DNA of 64,000 bases from Nitrospirota bacterium (GTDB lineage Bacteria > Nitrospirota > Thermodesulfovibrionia > Thermodesulfovibrionales > Dissulfurispiraceae). A program made the position numbers and the translations under genes. Below the pieces are notes generated by a model, which saw only the letters and a list, made by a program, of their open reading frames with translations, was not told the DNA's origin and ran no database searches. Below are positions 8,739 through 18,807 of the stretch, piece after piece (position 1 is the first letter of the stretch; the number at the start of each line of letters is the position of its first letter). The stretch spans positions 32,001 through 96,000 of the forward strand of contig CAWBMP010000005.1 in assembly GCA_963790025.1 (NCBI GenBank). The letters are read 5' to 3'.

Positions 8739-11023
8739 ACTTGTATTTTCGATCTGTCAAGAATTGACAAGCTATCGTTCAAGGGAATCTCTGCAAAGAT
8801 CTTAGTTCCGGTTTCTGGAACGCTCTCGATTGTCAGATTGCCGCCCAACAATGCGACTCTTTCATACATACCGGCTATGCCGAGAGTATTCTTACTGCTT
8901 AATGCGGCATCAACATTGAATCCATTCCCTGCATCATTTACCTGGACACAGAGCAAGTCGTTCTTCACAAAAATCACAACTTCCGCTTTAACTGTTGAGG
9001 CATGGCGTACTATATTGGTCATTGCTTCTTGCACAATACGATAAGCTGCTGTTTCAATTTCAGGATCAAAACGTCTGTTCAGCCCTGAATGCTTGAATAT
9101 CAAATCAATATTCGTTCTGCTTTTAAATCGCTTGAAATGCCATAAAAGAGCCTCCAGTAAACCTAAATCGTCCAGCATTGAAGGCCGCAGGTCGAGAGAC
9201 AAGTTCCTTACCATTTCCATAAGATCTCCGATGGATTGATGAACTTCTCGAAGATTTACTGTGATGCCTTCTGAGGTTGTGTCAGCCGCCATTTCCAGAG
9301 AAAGCTTGATTCCGGTGAGTGCCTGGCCGATTTCATCGTGCAGTTCCCGGGCAATAGAACGGCGTTCAACCTCTTGTACATGAAACAGCAGAGCGGGAAG
9401 TGCACGCAACTGCTCTGCATACTCTCTCAGTTTGTTCTCAGCAGCTTTTTTTTCGGTGATGTCCTGGACAACACCGGCAAGCCGAAACACCTTGCCCTGT
9501 ACATTCAATTGTGGGGCGCAAATAGTAATAATAATACGCTCTTCTCCGCTTGGAAGTATAATGCGCAATTCAAGTTCGTATGGTTCACCATTTTCTATAG
9601 CCGCCTGTACCGCATTATCAAATCGCTCCCAATCATCAGGATCAATGTACTTCCTGTGTTCATCATAAGTTGGAGGTCCGAGCTTTGAATCCAGCCCCCA
9701 GACATGGAACATTCCTTCAGACCATGTAGGTTGTTCAGTCGCAGGATCATAGCTCCAACTCCCTAAACGAGCTATCTGTTGCGCCCACAGTAAGTCACGC
9801 TCACTGTCACGCAGAGCCTCCTCTGTTCTCTTGCGATCGCTAATGTCATTTAACAAAGCGACAAAATAATCAACAGCGCCATCTTTGTTCCGAACACAAT
9901 TGACCGACAAATTCGTATATACAGCAGTTCCGTTTTTGCGGACAAACCGCTTGTCCATTGTATATCCTTCAATTTCACCTGCAAGAACACGGTTGAATTG
10001 CTCAACATCAGGCGCAAGATCATCAGGATGGGTGATTGCAGACCATGTAATTCGTGAAAGTTCTTCCCGTGAATACCCCAACATCTCACACAGTTTATTA
10101 TTAAACTGCAACCACCCTTTATCAGGTAAAGTAATAGCCATTCCTATAAAAGGAAGTTCATAGAAAATTCTCATACTCTCTTCGCTCTTCTTCAGTGCCT
10201 TTTCTGCACGTTTCCGCTCTGTGACATCGTGGATAATTGAATGGAGATACTTATGTTCTTTGATCATAATCATGCTGCTATGCACCTCAACGTCTCTGAC
10301 TGAACCGTCTGAGAGGCGGTGCTGGAAATCAAAAACGGTTTGCTCATTACTGGCAGCCGCCTTAATCTGCTCATCGACTTTGCAGCCGGGCAACATGTTT
10401 ATTTGTTGTATTCTCATTTGAGTCAGTGTTTTGCGAGACCAACCATAGAAGGCGGCTGCGGCATCGTTAGCGTTTACTATTACGCCTGTATCAGGATCAA
10501 TGACAAGTTTTACCGTGGCATGGTTTTCAAATAGGCTCCTGAATGTTTCCTCGCTCTCTCGTAAAGCTTTGTCGGCTAAAGTTAACTCTGCCGTTCGTTC
10601 CTGAACGCGCTTCTCCATTTCTGCATTTGCTTGAGTAAGTTTCTCCTGAGCCTGTTTACGCTTTGTAATCTCACGGTGCAATTTCTCAGTTATTACTGAT
10701 ATCATTATGCAACTTACAACGAAAGCACCCAAGGCATGGCGTTCAGGAGAGGACATGAAGCCCAACTGTATCCAGCAGTAACTCAGCGAAGCAGAAAGGA
10801 CAGTGGCCAGCAGTCCTGCATCAACCCCCCCGCAAAGGGCGGCTAACATCACTGCCGGATAATACGTAAGGTAAGGGATGCCTCTGCCAAGACCTGCAAA
10901 TAACGCTGCACGCAGGGCGCTTGCAACGGCAATGATAAGAATGGCAACAAAATACTTTTGAGCTTTGTGGCGAGCTATCTTACTCCAGTCCATGCTTCCC
11001 CATATTTTTGCCATGCCGGGCAT
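8735..11023 (-). CDS. Multi-PAS sensor histidine kinase (DUF4118-like membrane domain, 3 PAS, HisKA_3, HATPase)
   Basis: ERRSIARELHDEIGQALT H-box, YRIVQEAMTN, DAGNGF; PAS/PAC D[IV][TS][ED][RK]K linkers; overlaps the response regulator by 4 nt. Confidence 0.93.
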   Translation of the reverse strand: MPGMAKIWGSMDWSKIARHKAQKYFVAILIIAVASALRAALFAGLGRGIPYLTYYPAVMLAALCGGVDAGLLATVLSASLSYCWIQLGFMSSPERHALGAFVVSCIMISVITEKLHREITKRKQAQEKLTQANAEMEKRVQERTAELTLADKALRESEETFRSLFENHATVKLVIDPDTGVIVNANDAAAAFYGWSRKTLTQMRIQQINMLPGCKVDEQIKAAASNEQTVFDFQHRLSDGSVRDVEVHSSMIMIKEHKYLHSIIHDVTERKRAEKALKKSEESMRIFYELPFIGMAITLPDKGWLQFNNKLCEMLGYSREELSRITWSAITHPDDLAPDVEQFNRVLAGEIEGYTMDKRFVRKNGTAVYTNLSVNCVRNKDGAVDYFVALLNDISDRKRTEEALRDSERDLLWAQQIARLGSWSYDPATEQPTWSEGMFHVWGLDSKLGPPTYDEHRKYIDPDDWERFDNAVQAAIENGEPYELELRIILPSGEERIIITICAPQLNVQGKVFRLAGVVQDITEKKAAENKLREYAEQLRALPALLFHVQEVERRSIARELHDEIGQALTGIKLSLEMAADTTSEGITVNLREVHQSIGDLMEMVRNLSLDLRPSMLDDLGLLEALLWHFKRFKSRTNIDLIFKHSGLNRRFDPEIETAAYRIVQEAMTNIVRHASTVKAEVVIFVKNDLLCVQVNDAGNGFNVDAALSSKNTLGIAGMYERVALLGGNLTIESVPETGTKIFAEIPLNDSLSILDRSKIQV

Positions 11024-11063
11024 ACTGAAGACGAGAAGCGTTTAACTTCGATGGATTCTTCTC

Positions 11064-12470
11064 CTAAGTCCGCGCAAGCCCCGTCTTTTTTGCTGTTTCC
11101 GCAACTGCATGCGCTACTGCCGGAACGACTTTCCTGTCGAAAATGCTCGGTATGATATAGTCTTCGTGCAGTTCATCATCTTTTACGGTATAGGCTATGG
11201 CTTTTGCAGCGGCCAATTTCACTTCTTCATTCACGCCCCTGGCCCTTACGTCCAGTAATCCCCTGAATATTCCGGGAAAGCAAAGCATATTATTTATCTG
11301 GTTGGGATAATCGGAGCGGCCGGTGGCGAGTATTCTTACCAGCGGGAGCGCATCTTCAGGCGCTATCTCCGGTTCGGGATTTGCCAGGGCAAACACTATC
11401 GGTTCTTTTGCCATAGTGCGTATGTCGTCCTGTGTCATGACATTCGGAACGGAAAGTCCCAGGAAGACATTGGCTCCCCTTAGGGCCTCGGCAAGGTCCC
11501 CCTTGATTTTTCTCGGGTTTGTCTTTTTGGAGAGGGTCTTTTTATAGGGGTTCATATGACTCGTTCTTCCTTCGTAAATTGCACCCGCCGTGTCGCATAC
11601 TATTACGTCCCGTACGCCATAAGCTGATAGCATCCAGGCATTGGCCATGCCTGCCGCACCGGCCCCCGAGATCACGACTTTTAATTTTTTTACATCTTTT
11701 TTGAGCAGCCGCCCGACGTTAATAAGAGCTGCAAGTGCAACAACGGCTGTTCCGTGCTGGTCGTCATGGAAGACGGGAATATCGCAAAGCTCCCTCAGTC
11801 GCCGCTCTATCTCGAAGCACCTCGGCGCGGATATATCTTCGAGATTAATACCGCCAAAGGGTGTCGTAATGGTTTTGACTGCAGCGATGATCTCTTCGGT
11901 ATCTTTAGTATTCAGGGGGATAGGAAATGCATCGATCCCGGCAAATTCTTTGAAGATCATGGCCTTGCCTTCCATAACAGGCAGTGCCGCTACCGGGCCT
12001 ATATCGCCTAAACCGAGCACAGCAGTGCCATCGGTTATGACGGCAACGCAGTTTCCTTTTATCGTGTACCGATAAGCGTGGTCAATACAGTCATGAAGAT
12101 CCCTGCATACTCTTGCAACGCCTGGCGTATAGACCTTGGAAAGATCATTTCTATCCCTTACGGGAATTTTCGGGCGGATCTCGATTTTGCCGCCTTCGTG
12201 AGCGGAAAAAGTGCGGTCCATAACTCTGAGGACTTTTACCCCGCTGATGTCTTTTATTGCTTTGACGATTCTTTTTTCATGCGCCTCATCGCGGGCATTT
12301 GCAGTTATGTCTCTGATGATCTTTCCCTTTTCCGCCCGGACGATATCAATGGAACCGAGATCACCCCCTGTCTGGCTGATTGCGGTGGCTATTTGGGCGA
12401 ACATACCGATACGGTTTTCAATTTCTGCTCTAATCGTGATGCTGTAACTTGGACTCGGGACGTGTGCCAT
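11064..12470 (-). CDS. NAD(P)-dependent malic enzyme with N-terminal ACT domain
   Basis: VYTPGVA, TDGTAVLGLGDIG, NLEDISAP, FHDDQHGT, GAGAAG, ATGRSDYPNQINN; ACT-like N-terminus; G-rich RBS before ATG 12470. Confidence 0.93.
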   Translation of the reverse strand: MAHVPSPSYSITIRAEIENRIGMFAQIATAISQTGGDLGSIDIVRAEKGKIIRDITANARDEAHEKRIVKAIKDISGVKVLRVMDRTFSAHEGGKIEIRPKIPVRDRNDLSKVYTPGVARVCRDLHDCIDHAYRYTIKGNCVAVITDGTAVLGLGDIGPVAALPVMEGKAMIFKEFAGIDAFPIPLNTKDTEEIIAAVKTITTPFGGINLEDISAPRCFEIERRLRELCDIPVFHDDQHGTAVVALAALINVGRLLKKDVKKLKVVISGAGAAGMANAWMLSAYGVRDVIVCDTAGAIYEGRTSHMNPYKKTLSKKTNPRKIKGDLAEALRGANVFLGLSVPNVMTQDDIRTMAKEPIVFALANPEPEIAPEDALPLVRILATGRSDYPNQINNMLCFPGIFRGLLDVRARGVNEEVKLAAAKAIAYTVKDDELHEDYIIPSIFDRKVVPAVAHAVAETAKKTGLART

Positions 12471-12802
12471 TGTTACCCCCCCCTTAAATGTGTACTGCAC
12501 AGAGCGTTCAACCTTAAGCCAAAAAACAAATCAGCACAATACCGATGTTATTTACGCGGGATGCCGGACCCTGTACGCTGTACGCTTTCATTATAGTTTT
12601 CGCAGGATTTTTTAGTCAATCTACTATAAGGAGACGAATAATGCTAACTATAATAAAATAAATTTGGCACTGCAACAGAAGTAGTTTCAGCGCGTCGAGA
12701 AACGAGTCATTCCCCTTCTTACGCCTTCATCAAATGGATTTTTTTGAACAAATATGTAATTATGTAGTACTCTGTTTATAATAACCTAATGAGGAGGGTT
12801 TT

Positions 12803-13993
12803 ATGAAACGTCTGTCGCTCTTTATGATTGGGTTTTTCGTTTTTAGTATGCTTTCCGTCAGCGTATATGCTGCAGAGCCTATTAGTCTGAGCATCCCGCT
12901 GCCGCTGACCGGATCAGAGGCCAAATTCGGCGACATACAGAAAAGATCGTATGAGATAGCTGCACAGGAGATTAATGCCAAAGGCGGCGTAAAGGGAAGG
13001 AAACTTGTCTTAACTTTTGAAGACTCAGAGGGGAAACCGGAAATCGCCCGGTCGATTGTCGAGAAAATGATAGATGTAAAAAAACAGCCTGTCATAGTCG
13101 GTGAGTATACATCGCAATGCGCCAAGGCAGTTGCGGCAGTTGCGGAAGAGAGAAAGGTGCCTTACCTCGTGGTTGCGAGCGCATCAGATGATATCACACA
13201 GAAACATTATAAATATGTTTACAGGCTGAATCCTACCAATGCCCACTACGCAGATGGCGTTATATCGTTTCTTCAACAGGTGGTGAAGCCCAAAACTATG
13301 GCAATATTATATGAGAGTTCCGACTTCGGGACTTCCGGGGCCGAAGATATGGCGAAGCAGGCGGCAAGGATAGGCATAAGGGTCCTGCTTAAGGAGAAGT
13401 ACGCAAAAGGAGCTGTAGATTTCAAACCCATACTCTCAAAGGTCAAGTCTGAGAGGCCTGATGTTATTTACATGGTTTCTTATGTCATGGATGCCGCCCT
13501 GCTTATGCGGCAGATAAAGGAGCTGAGGATCGATGCAAAGCTTTTTGCCGGTGGCGCTGCGGGATTTGCCATCCCTGAATTCATTGAGAATGCGAAAGAC
13601 GCCGCCGAATATGTTATTACTGCCACGCTGTGGAGCCCTAAACTCAATTATCCCGGTTCGAAGCAATATGCTGACAAGTATAAGGCAAAATACGGCACCT
13701 ACCCGTCATATCACGGGGCAGCAGCTTATTCAGCGCTCTATGTGATAAAGGATGCGCTCCAGAGGGCAAGAAGCATGAAACCCGACGACATCCGTGATGC
13801 GCTTAAGGCAACAAACATGATGACAGCTTTCGGTCCGGTAAAATTCGAGGACAAGGAAGGCTACCAGAACCAGAACTTTATCAATACCCTTGTCCTGCAG
13901 GTCATTAAGGGTGAACATGAGACGATATGGCCGCTCAGTATTGCGACCATTAAATATATTTATCCTATACCTTTATGGAGGGATAGGAAATAA
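12803..13993 (+). CDS. Branched-chain amino acid (HAAT) ABC transporter substrate-binding protein
   Basis: Signal peptide, PLTG..A.FG, INAKGGVKGRKL; GGAGG RBS. Confidence 0.9.
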   Translation: MKRLSLFMIGFFVFSMLSVSVYAAEPISLSIPLPLTGSEAKFGDIQKRSYEIAAQEINAKGGVKGRKLVLTFEDSEGKPEIARSIVEKMIDVKKQPVIVGEYTSQCAKAVAAVAEERKVPYLVVASASDDITQKHYKYVYRLNPTNAHYADGVISFLQQVVKPKTMAILYESSDFGTSGAEDMAKQAARIGIRVLLKEKYAKGAVDFKPILSKVKSERPDVIYMVSYVMDAALLMRQIKELRIDAKLFAGGAAGFAIPEFIENAKDAAEYVITATLWSPKLNYPGSKQYADKYKAKYGTYPSYHGAAAYSALYVIKDALQRARSMKPDDIRDALKATNMMTAFGPVKFEDKEGYQNQNFINTLVLQVIKGEHETIWPLSIATIKYIYPIPLWRDRK

Positions 13994-14014
13994 GCTGCCG
14001 AGGGTAGAAACGCA

Positions 14015-14953
14015 ATGTCAACGGGTGATCTTGAACTCTTTTTGCAGACGCTCATAGCGGGCTTTCTGCTCGGAGGACTCTATGCACTGATAGGACTCGG
14101 AATGGCGCTCATACTGGGCGTGATGAAGATCATCAATCTCGCCCATGGCGACATGATGATGGTCGCCATGTACATCGCATATGTGCTGTTTCAGTTTATT
14201 CACATAGACCCTTACATTTCAGTTTTTATTGCAGTACCGATTCTCTTTATATTGGGTGCCGGGCTCCAGAAGTTTCTCATCACCCCCGTGCTTAAGGTGG
14301 AATCGATACTGCCTCATAACCAGGTCATTCTTACGGTCGGGATCGGGATCGTGCTGTCGAATCTTGCGACGGTAATTTTCAAGTCGGACTATCTCTCAAT
14401 CCCTGTTTCTTATGCAACAAAGGCATGGTATCTGAGTGATTTCTGGAAAGGCTCTCCGATTGAACTCTCTCTTTCATTTGCATGGTCGGTCTCATTTCTG
14501 ATTTCAATTGCCTTAACAGGAATGCTGTGGTTTTTTCTTTCCAGGACCGATACGGGAAAGTCCATCAGGGCAACGGCCCAGGATCTGGATGCCGCGCTGC
14601 TCATGGGTGTCAATGTAAATCGTATGCGTATGCTGACCTTCGGTCTCGGCAGCGCCCTTGTCGGCGCTGCCGGTTGTCTCTTTATTCCCATTTATTACCT
14701 TTATCCATCTCTCGGCAAGCAGTTCACGAATATTGCCTTCGTTATCACTATCCTGGGCGGCCTTGGCTCGACCGAAGGAGCTATTATCGGCGGCATTATA
14801 CTCGGTATTTTCGAGTCCATGACCGCAACTTATCTCGGCATGGGTTGGGCTCCGGTCGGCAGGTTCGTCATATTTGTAGCGGCCCTTATCTTCCTGCCCG
14901 GAGGGGTGGCGTCGCTGATGAAGCGCCGGAGGCTAAGTGTGATAGCCAAATGA
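14015..14953 (+). CDS. livH: Branched-chain amino acid ABC transporter permease
   Basis: GVMKIINLAHGD, GKSIRATAQD..AALLMGVN, ILGGLGS. Confidence 0.88.
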   Translation: MSTGDLELFLQTLIAGFLLGGLYALIGLGMALILGVMKIINLAHGDMMMVAMYIAYVLFQFIHIDPYISVFIAVPILFILGAGLQKFLITPVLKVESILPHNQVILTVGIGIVLSNLATVIFKSDYLSIPVSYATKAWYLSDFWKGSPIELSLSFAWSVSFLISIALTGMLWFFLSRTDTGKSIRATAQDLDAALLMGVNVNRMRMLTFGLGSALVGAAGCLFIPIYYLYPSLGKQFTNIAFVITILGGLGSTEGAIIGGIILGIFESMTATYLGMGWAPVGRFVIFVAALIFLPGGVASLMKRRRLSVIAK

Positions 14954-15888
14954 AAAAGTTCGGCCCCTTTATAGTTCTCGCCCTGCTGTCGCTCGTGCCT
15001 TTTTTGGGACTTAGCAGCTACATGATGCACATTTTCATCCTTGTCATCATGTGGTCGGTAATAGGCATGTCGTGGAACCTGCTGGGCGGCTACTGCGGCC
15101 AGGTGTCGTTCGGTCATGCCGCATTCTTCGGTATGGGCGCCTATACAGCGGGGATATTTTACTATAAGCTCGGGTTGTCCGCATGGTGGGGATTGCCTTT
15201 GAGCATAGCTGTCGTGGCGGTTTTTTCTCTGGTGTTCGGATTTATTGTTCTCAGGCTTCGGGGCCCTTATTTCACTCTTTCAACCCTTGCGATAGGAGAG
15301 GTGATGAGAGTGACAGCGGAAAACCTGCAGGATTTTACGCAGGGCAATCTCGGGATAATGATACAAGAGAGAACATGGGTAACTAAAATATGGTACTACT
15401 ATATCATATTGGTCGTGGCCGCGTGCGCCTTCTTTCTAGTAAGGAAAGTGATAGGGTCGAAACTCGGCTACTATTTCGTGGCGATCAGGGAGGACATAGA
15501 TGCGGCGGAATCGCTGGGCATCAATACCACTTTGTATAAAACTATCGCGCTCTGCCTGAGCGGCATTCTTACCGGGCTTGCCGGCGCGTTCTACACAAAT
15601 TATATGGGGTATATTGACCCGGAGGTGGTTTTCCCGCTTTATGACATATCGATTGTCACTGTAATGGTTGTCATGATTGGCGGGGTCGCGACTTTCTGGG
15701 GGCCGTTTGTCGGCGCGGTAATTATGGTGTTGTTCTCCGAACTTATCCGCTCCCTCCCTTTACTGGGTCCGGCACACCAGACCTTTTTCGGGATACTTTT
15801 AATAATTATTATAATCTTCCTGCCAAACGGTATCGTCGGTGATTTTAAAAAGCTGAAAAGGCTTGTCGGCCTGGGAGGCACTCCGTAA
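14950..15888 (+). CDS. livM: Branched-chain amino acid ABC transporter permease
   Basis: WNLLGGYCGQVSFGHAAFFG, LRLRGPYF, AIRED.DAAESLGIN; ATGA overlap at 14950 (the track ORF from 14482 is over-extended). Confidence 0.88.
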   Translation: MKKFGPFIVLALLSLVPFLGLSSYMMHIFILVIMWSVIGMSWNLLGGYCGQVSFGHAAFFGMGAYTAGIFYYKLGLSAWWGLPLSIAVVAVFSLVFGFIVLRLRGPYFTLSTLAIGEVMRVTAENLQDFTQGNLGIMIQERTWVTKIWYYYIILVVAACAFFLVRKVIGSKLGYYFVAIREDIDAAESLGINTTLYKTIALCLSGILTGLAGAFYTNYMGYIDPEVVFPLYDISIVTVMVVMIGGVATFWGPFVGAVIMVLFSELIRSLPLLGPAHQTFFGILLIIIIIFLPNGIVGDFKKLKRLVGLGGTP

Positions 15889-16604
15889 TGCTCGAAGTGA
15901 AAAATATTTCGATGTTTTTCGGCGGCCTCGCGGCAATCAGCGATATTTCTTTTTCCGTCAATAGAGGGGAAATACTTGCTCTTATCGGACCGAACGGCGC
16001 CGGGAAAACTACGCTCTTCAATGTGGTTGACGGCTTTTACAAGCCCTCAAAAGGAGAAGTATTCTTTAACGGTACAAAGATCTCGCATTTGAAGACACAC
16101 CAGATATGCAAACTCGGCATCGCCAGGACATTTCAGGTCGTAAAGCCGCTTCAGAGGATGACGGTGCTCGACAATGTGATAGCCTCGGCCTTTATCAGGG
16201 CCGCAAATAAAACACAGGCCAAAGAAATTGCCCACGACATACTTGAATTTACCCAGCTCTACGATGACAGGGATGTCATTTCAAAGGGGCTCCCGCTCGG
16301 CAAACGCAAGCGGCTTGAGATTGCCAGGGCACTTGCCACACAGCCTGACATGCTGCTGCTTGACGAGTCTTTTGCGGGGCTGAACCCCTCAGAGCTGAAC
16401 GAGTCGATAGAGATTATTAGAAAAATAAATGCAAAAGGGATCACCATGATGATTATCGAGCACCACATGAAAGTCGTTATGGCTATATCGGACCGGATAG
16501 TCGTTATTAACTACGGACAGAAGATTGCCGAGGGCACCCCACTCGATATCGGCCACGACCCGCTTGTAATCGAAGCATATCTGGGCGAGGCGACCGTTGC
16601 TTGA
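15888..16604 (+). CDS. livG: Branched-chain amino acid ABC transporter ATP-binding protein
   Basis: GPNGAGKTT, LLLDE, IIEHHM, VIEAYLG. Confidence 0.9.
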   Translation: MLEVKNISMFFGGLAAISDISFSVNRGEILALIGPNGAGKTTLFNVVDGFYKPSKGEVFFNGTKISHLKTHQICKLGIARTFQVVKPLQRMTVLDNVIASAFIRAANKTQAKEIAHDILEFTQLYDDRDVISKGLPLGKRKRLEIARALATQPDMLLLDESFAGLNPSELNESIEIIRKINAKGITMMIIEHHMKVVMAISDRIVVINYGQKIAEGTPLDIGHDPLVIEAYLGEATVA

Positions 16605-17301
16605 GATACGGAATATAGATGTTTTTTATGGGGACGTCCAGGTCCTATGGGATGTTTCATTTGAGGTGAAAAGGGCCGAAGTGGTTGCCCTGATAGGCGC
16701 AAATGGGGCTGGAAAGTCAACCATACTCAAGACCATTTCTGGAATTCTTCGGCCTGTAAATGGGGCTGTGATTTTTGAGGACGCGCCTATACACGAGGTC
16801 GAACCTTTTATGCTTATTGAAAAAGGGATAGCCCATGTGCCCGAGGCTAGAAGACTTTTTGTGGACATGACAGTCGAGGAAAACCTCGATATGGGATCGT
16901 TGAAGGGAGAGGCAAAGGCACGGAGAAGCAGCAACAAGAATATGGTTTTTGAAATTTTTCGGAGGCTACGGGAGAGGAGAAGGCAGCGGGCCGGAACGTT
17001 AAGCGGCGGGGAACAGCAGATGCTTGCCATAGGCAGGGGCCTGATGGCAATGCCCAAACTTCTTATGTTTGATGAGCCGTCGCTCGGGCTGGCGCCTATC
17101 CTTGTCAGGGAGATATTTAACGTTATAAAGAGAATCAGAGAGGAAGGCACCACTGTGCTTATTGTGGAACAAAACGTCAAACAAACCCTCTCCATAGCCG
17201 ACAGGGCCTACGTACTCGAAAACGGGAAAATAGTGCTGCATGGTACCGGCAAATCCCTGCTGGGTGATGAACACGTTAAAAAGGCATACATGGGAGTATA
17301 A
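16597..17301 (+). CDS. livF: Branched-chain amino acid ABC transporter ATP-binding protein
   Basis: GANGAGKST, LSGGEQQMLAIGR, DEPSLGLAP, VEQN. Confidence 0.9.
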   Translation: MLEIRNIDVFYGDVQVLWDVSFEVKRAEVVALIGANGAGKSTILKTISGILRPVNGAVIFEDAPIHEVEPFMLIEKGIAHVPEARRLFVDMTVEENLDMGSLKGEAKARRSSNKNMVFEIFRRLRERRRQRAGTLSGGEQQMLAIGRGLMAMPKLLMFDEPSLGLAPILVREIFNVIKRIREEGTTVLIVEQNVKQTLSIADRAYVLENGKIVLHGTGKSLLGDEHVKKAYMGV

Positions 17302-17333
17302 AAAAGGTAAAAGGTGATTTTTAGGAGGTGCAC

Positions 17334-17978
17334 GTGTTCGTATCTGATTGGATGACAATAAGAGTATATACGGTCGAGATTGACGACAGCGTTATGGATG
17401 CAGTGAAGGTGATGAAAGAAAAAGGCATCAAGCACCTTCCCGTGGTAAAAGGAGAGAAGATTAAAGGGATACTATCGGACAGGGACATAAAGGAATTTAC
17501 CCCATCGGCTGCGACCTCGCTCGATGTATATGAGCTGCATTATCTTCTTGAAAAAACCAAGGTCAAAGACATCATGAAGGCCGATGTTTTAACCACAACG
17601 CCTGATACCCCTGTGGAAGAAGCGGCAATGGTGCTTTACGACGAAATGATAGGATGCCTGCCCGCAGTGGAGAACGGCAAAATCGCGGGGATCATTTCGG
17701 ACAGGGACATTTTTCGTGCCCTCATCGACATCACCGGTGCCCGCTACGGCGGCAACAGGATATCCCTGGTACTTGAGGACAGTCCAGGTTCCATAAAAGA
17801 GGTTGCCGACATTATAAGAAAATACGGTTTTAGGCTGCAGGGCATCCTTACCTCCTATGCGGGTGTGCTCGAAGGACACAGGAACGTAGTGATTAGAACG
17901 AAAGGGAAGGGCAGTTTCATCGGGCTTAAAAATGAGCTTGAGAAAAAGTATTCTGATGCAAAGATAAGAAAAGGCTGA
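17334..17978 (+). CDS. acuB: CBS-pair plus ACT domain protein (AcuB-like)
   Basis: Two CBS repeats, PSAATSLDVYELHYLL, C-terminal ACT (EDSPGSIKEV); AGGAGG 5 nt before GTG 17334. Confidence 0.8.
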   Translation: MFVSDWMTIRVYTVEIDDSVMDAVKVMKEKGIKHLPVVKGEKIKGILSDRDIKEFTPSAATSLDVYELHYLLEKTKVKDIMKADVLTTTPDTPVEEAAMVLYDEMIGCLPAVENGKIAGIISDRDIFRALIDITGARYGGNRISLVLEDSPGSIKEVADIIRKYGFRLQGILTSYAGVLEGHRNVVIRTKGKGSFIGLKNELEKKYSDAKIRKG

Positions 17979-17991
17979 CTTGCGTTTTCTG

Positions 17992-18000
17992 TGTTATAAT
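17992..18000 (+). promoter_or_regulatory. Extended -10 promoter element (TGTTATAAT) upstream of the rsfS operon
   Basis: TGnTATAAT about 30 nt upstream of the proposed rsfS start. Confidence 0.55.
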
Positions 18001-18029
18001 ATCCGAAAAGAAAGGAAAGGGTTAACTCT

Positions 18030-18443
18030 ATAGAAAGTAAAGCCATAGCAATAAAGGCGGCGCAGGTGTCTTTAGATAAAAAGGCAAAGGATGTCCTGGT
18101 CCTAGAACTAAAGGCCCTCACAGTTATAGCAGATTACTTTGTCATCTGCTCCGGTGAAAGTACCACCCAGGTCAAAACAATCGCTGAACATATCAAAGAA
18201 ATTCTGAAAGAGGATGGAGCAAGTCCTTTGCGCGTCGAGGGCTTTGCGTATGCCCGGTGGATCTTAATGGATTACGGAGATTTGCTGGTCCACGTCTTTG
18301 AGGAAGACACAAGGCGTTATTATGAGCTTGAAAAGCTTTGGCTGGATGCGCCGAGGATACCGTTTGCCGATGAAAATAAGGATACTCTGGATAGGGAAGA
18401 CAAAAGAGCGATATCTAAACGAAGGGATAGAGCGTTACCTTAA
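18030..18443 (+). CDS. rsfS: Ribosome silencing factor (probable ATA start at 18030; first canonical start is GTG 18066)
   Basis: DKKAKDV, IADYFVICSG, WILMDYGDLLVHVF, RRYYELEKLW. Confidence 0.9.
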   Translation: MESKAIAIKAAQVSLDKKAKDVLVLELKALTVIADYFVICSGESTTQVKTIAEHIKEILKEDGASPLRVEGFAYARWILMDYGDLLVHVFEEDTRRYYELEKLWLDAPRIPFADENKDTLDREDKRAISKRRDRALP

Positions 18444-18807
18444 AATGTTGGGCACCATGGCCCGGGTTTCCATTATTGAGATCAAAGAGCAGAAAGGCAA
18501 GAGCAGGGAAGATTCCCTTTCGGAAGAAAAGAGAAGAATATTGAAACAGACCCGGTCATACACTCTGCTTGACTTGGCGGGCAAGGAATTCACCTCGCCG
18601 GGGTTCGCCCGTTTTCTGCAGAAAAGAGACAGTATAGACTTTCTCATCGGTGGTCCTTATGGAGTTTCCGATGAGATAAGGGACAAGGCTGAACAGGTTA
18701 TCTCGCTGTCAAGAATGACCTTTACTCACGAGATGGTAAGGGTTTTTTTCCTTGAGCAGCTCTTTAGGGCCATGACGATTATTAATGGCAAGGAGTATCA
18801 CCATTGA
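18370..18807 (+). CDS. rlmH: 23S rRNA (pseudouridine1915-N3)-methyltransferase
   Basis: MKIRILWIGK, FLIGGPYG, SLSRMTFTHEMVR, EQLFRA...YHH; follows rsfS as usual. Confidence 0.93.
   Translation: MKIRILWIGKTKERYLNEGIERYLKMLGTMARVSIIEIKEQKGKSREDSLSEEKRRILKQTRSYTLLDLAGKEFTSPGFARFLQKRDSIDFLIGGPYGVSDEIRDKAEQVISLSRMTFTHEMVRVFFLEQLFRAMTIINGKEYHH

Noticed and set aside
14482..14949. N-terminal extension of livM in the ORF track
   Set aside because: It lies in an alternate frame of livH; the real start is the coupled ATG at 14950
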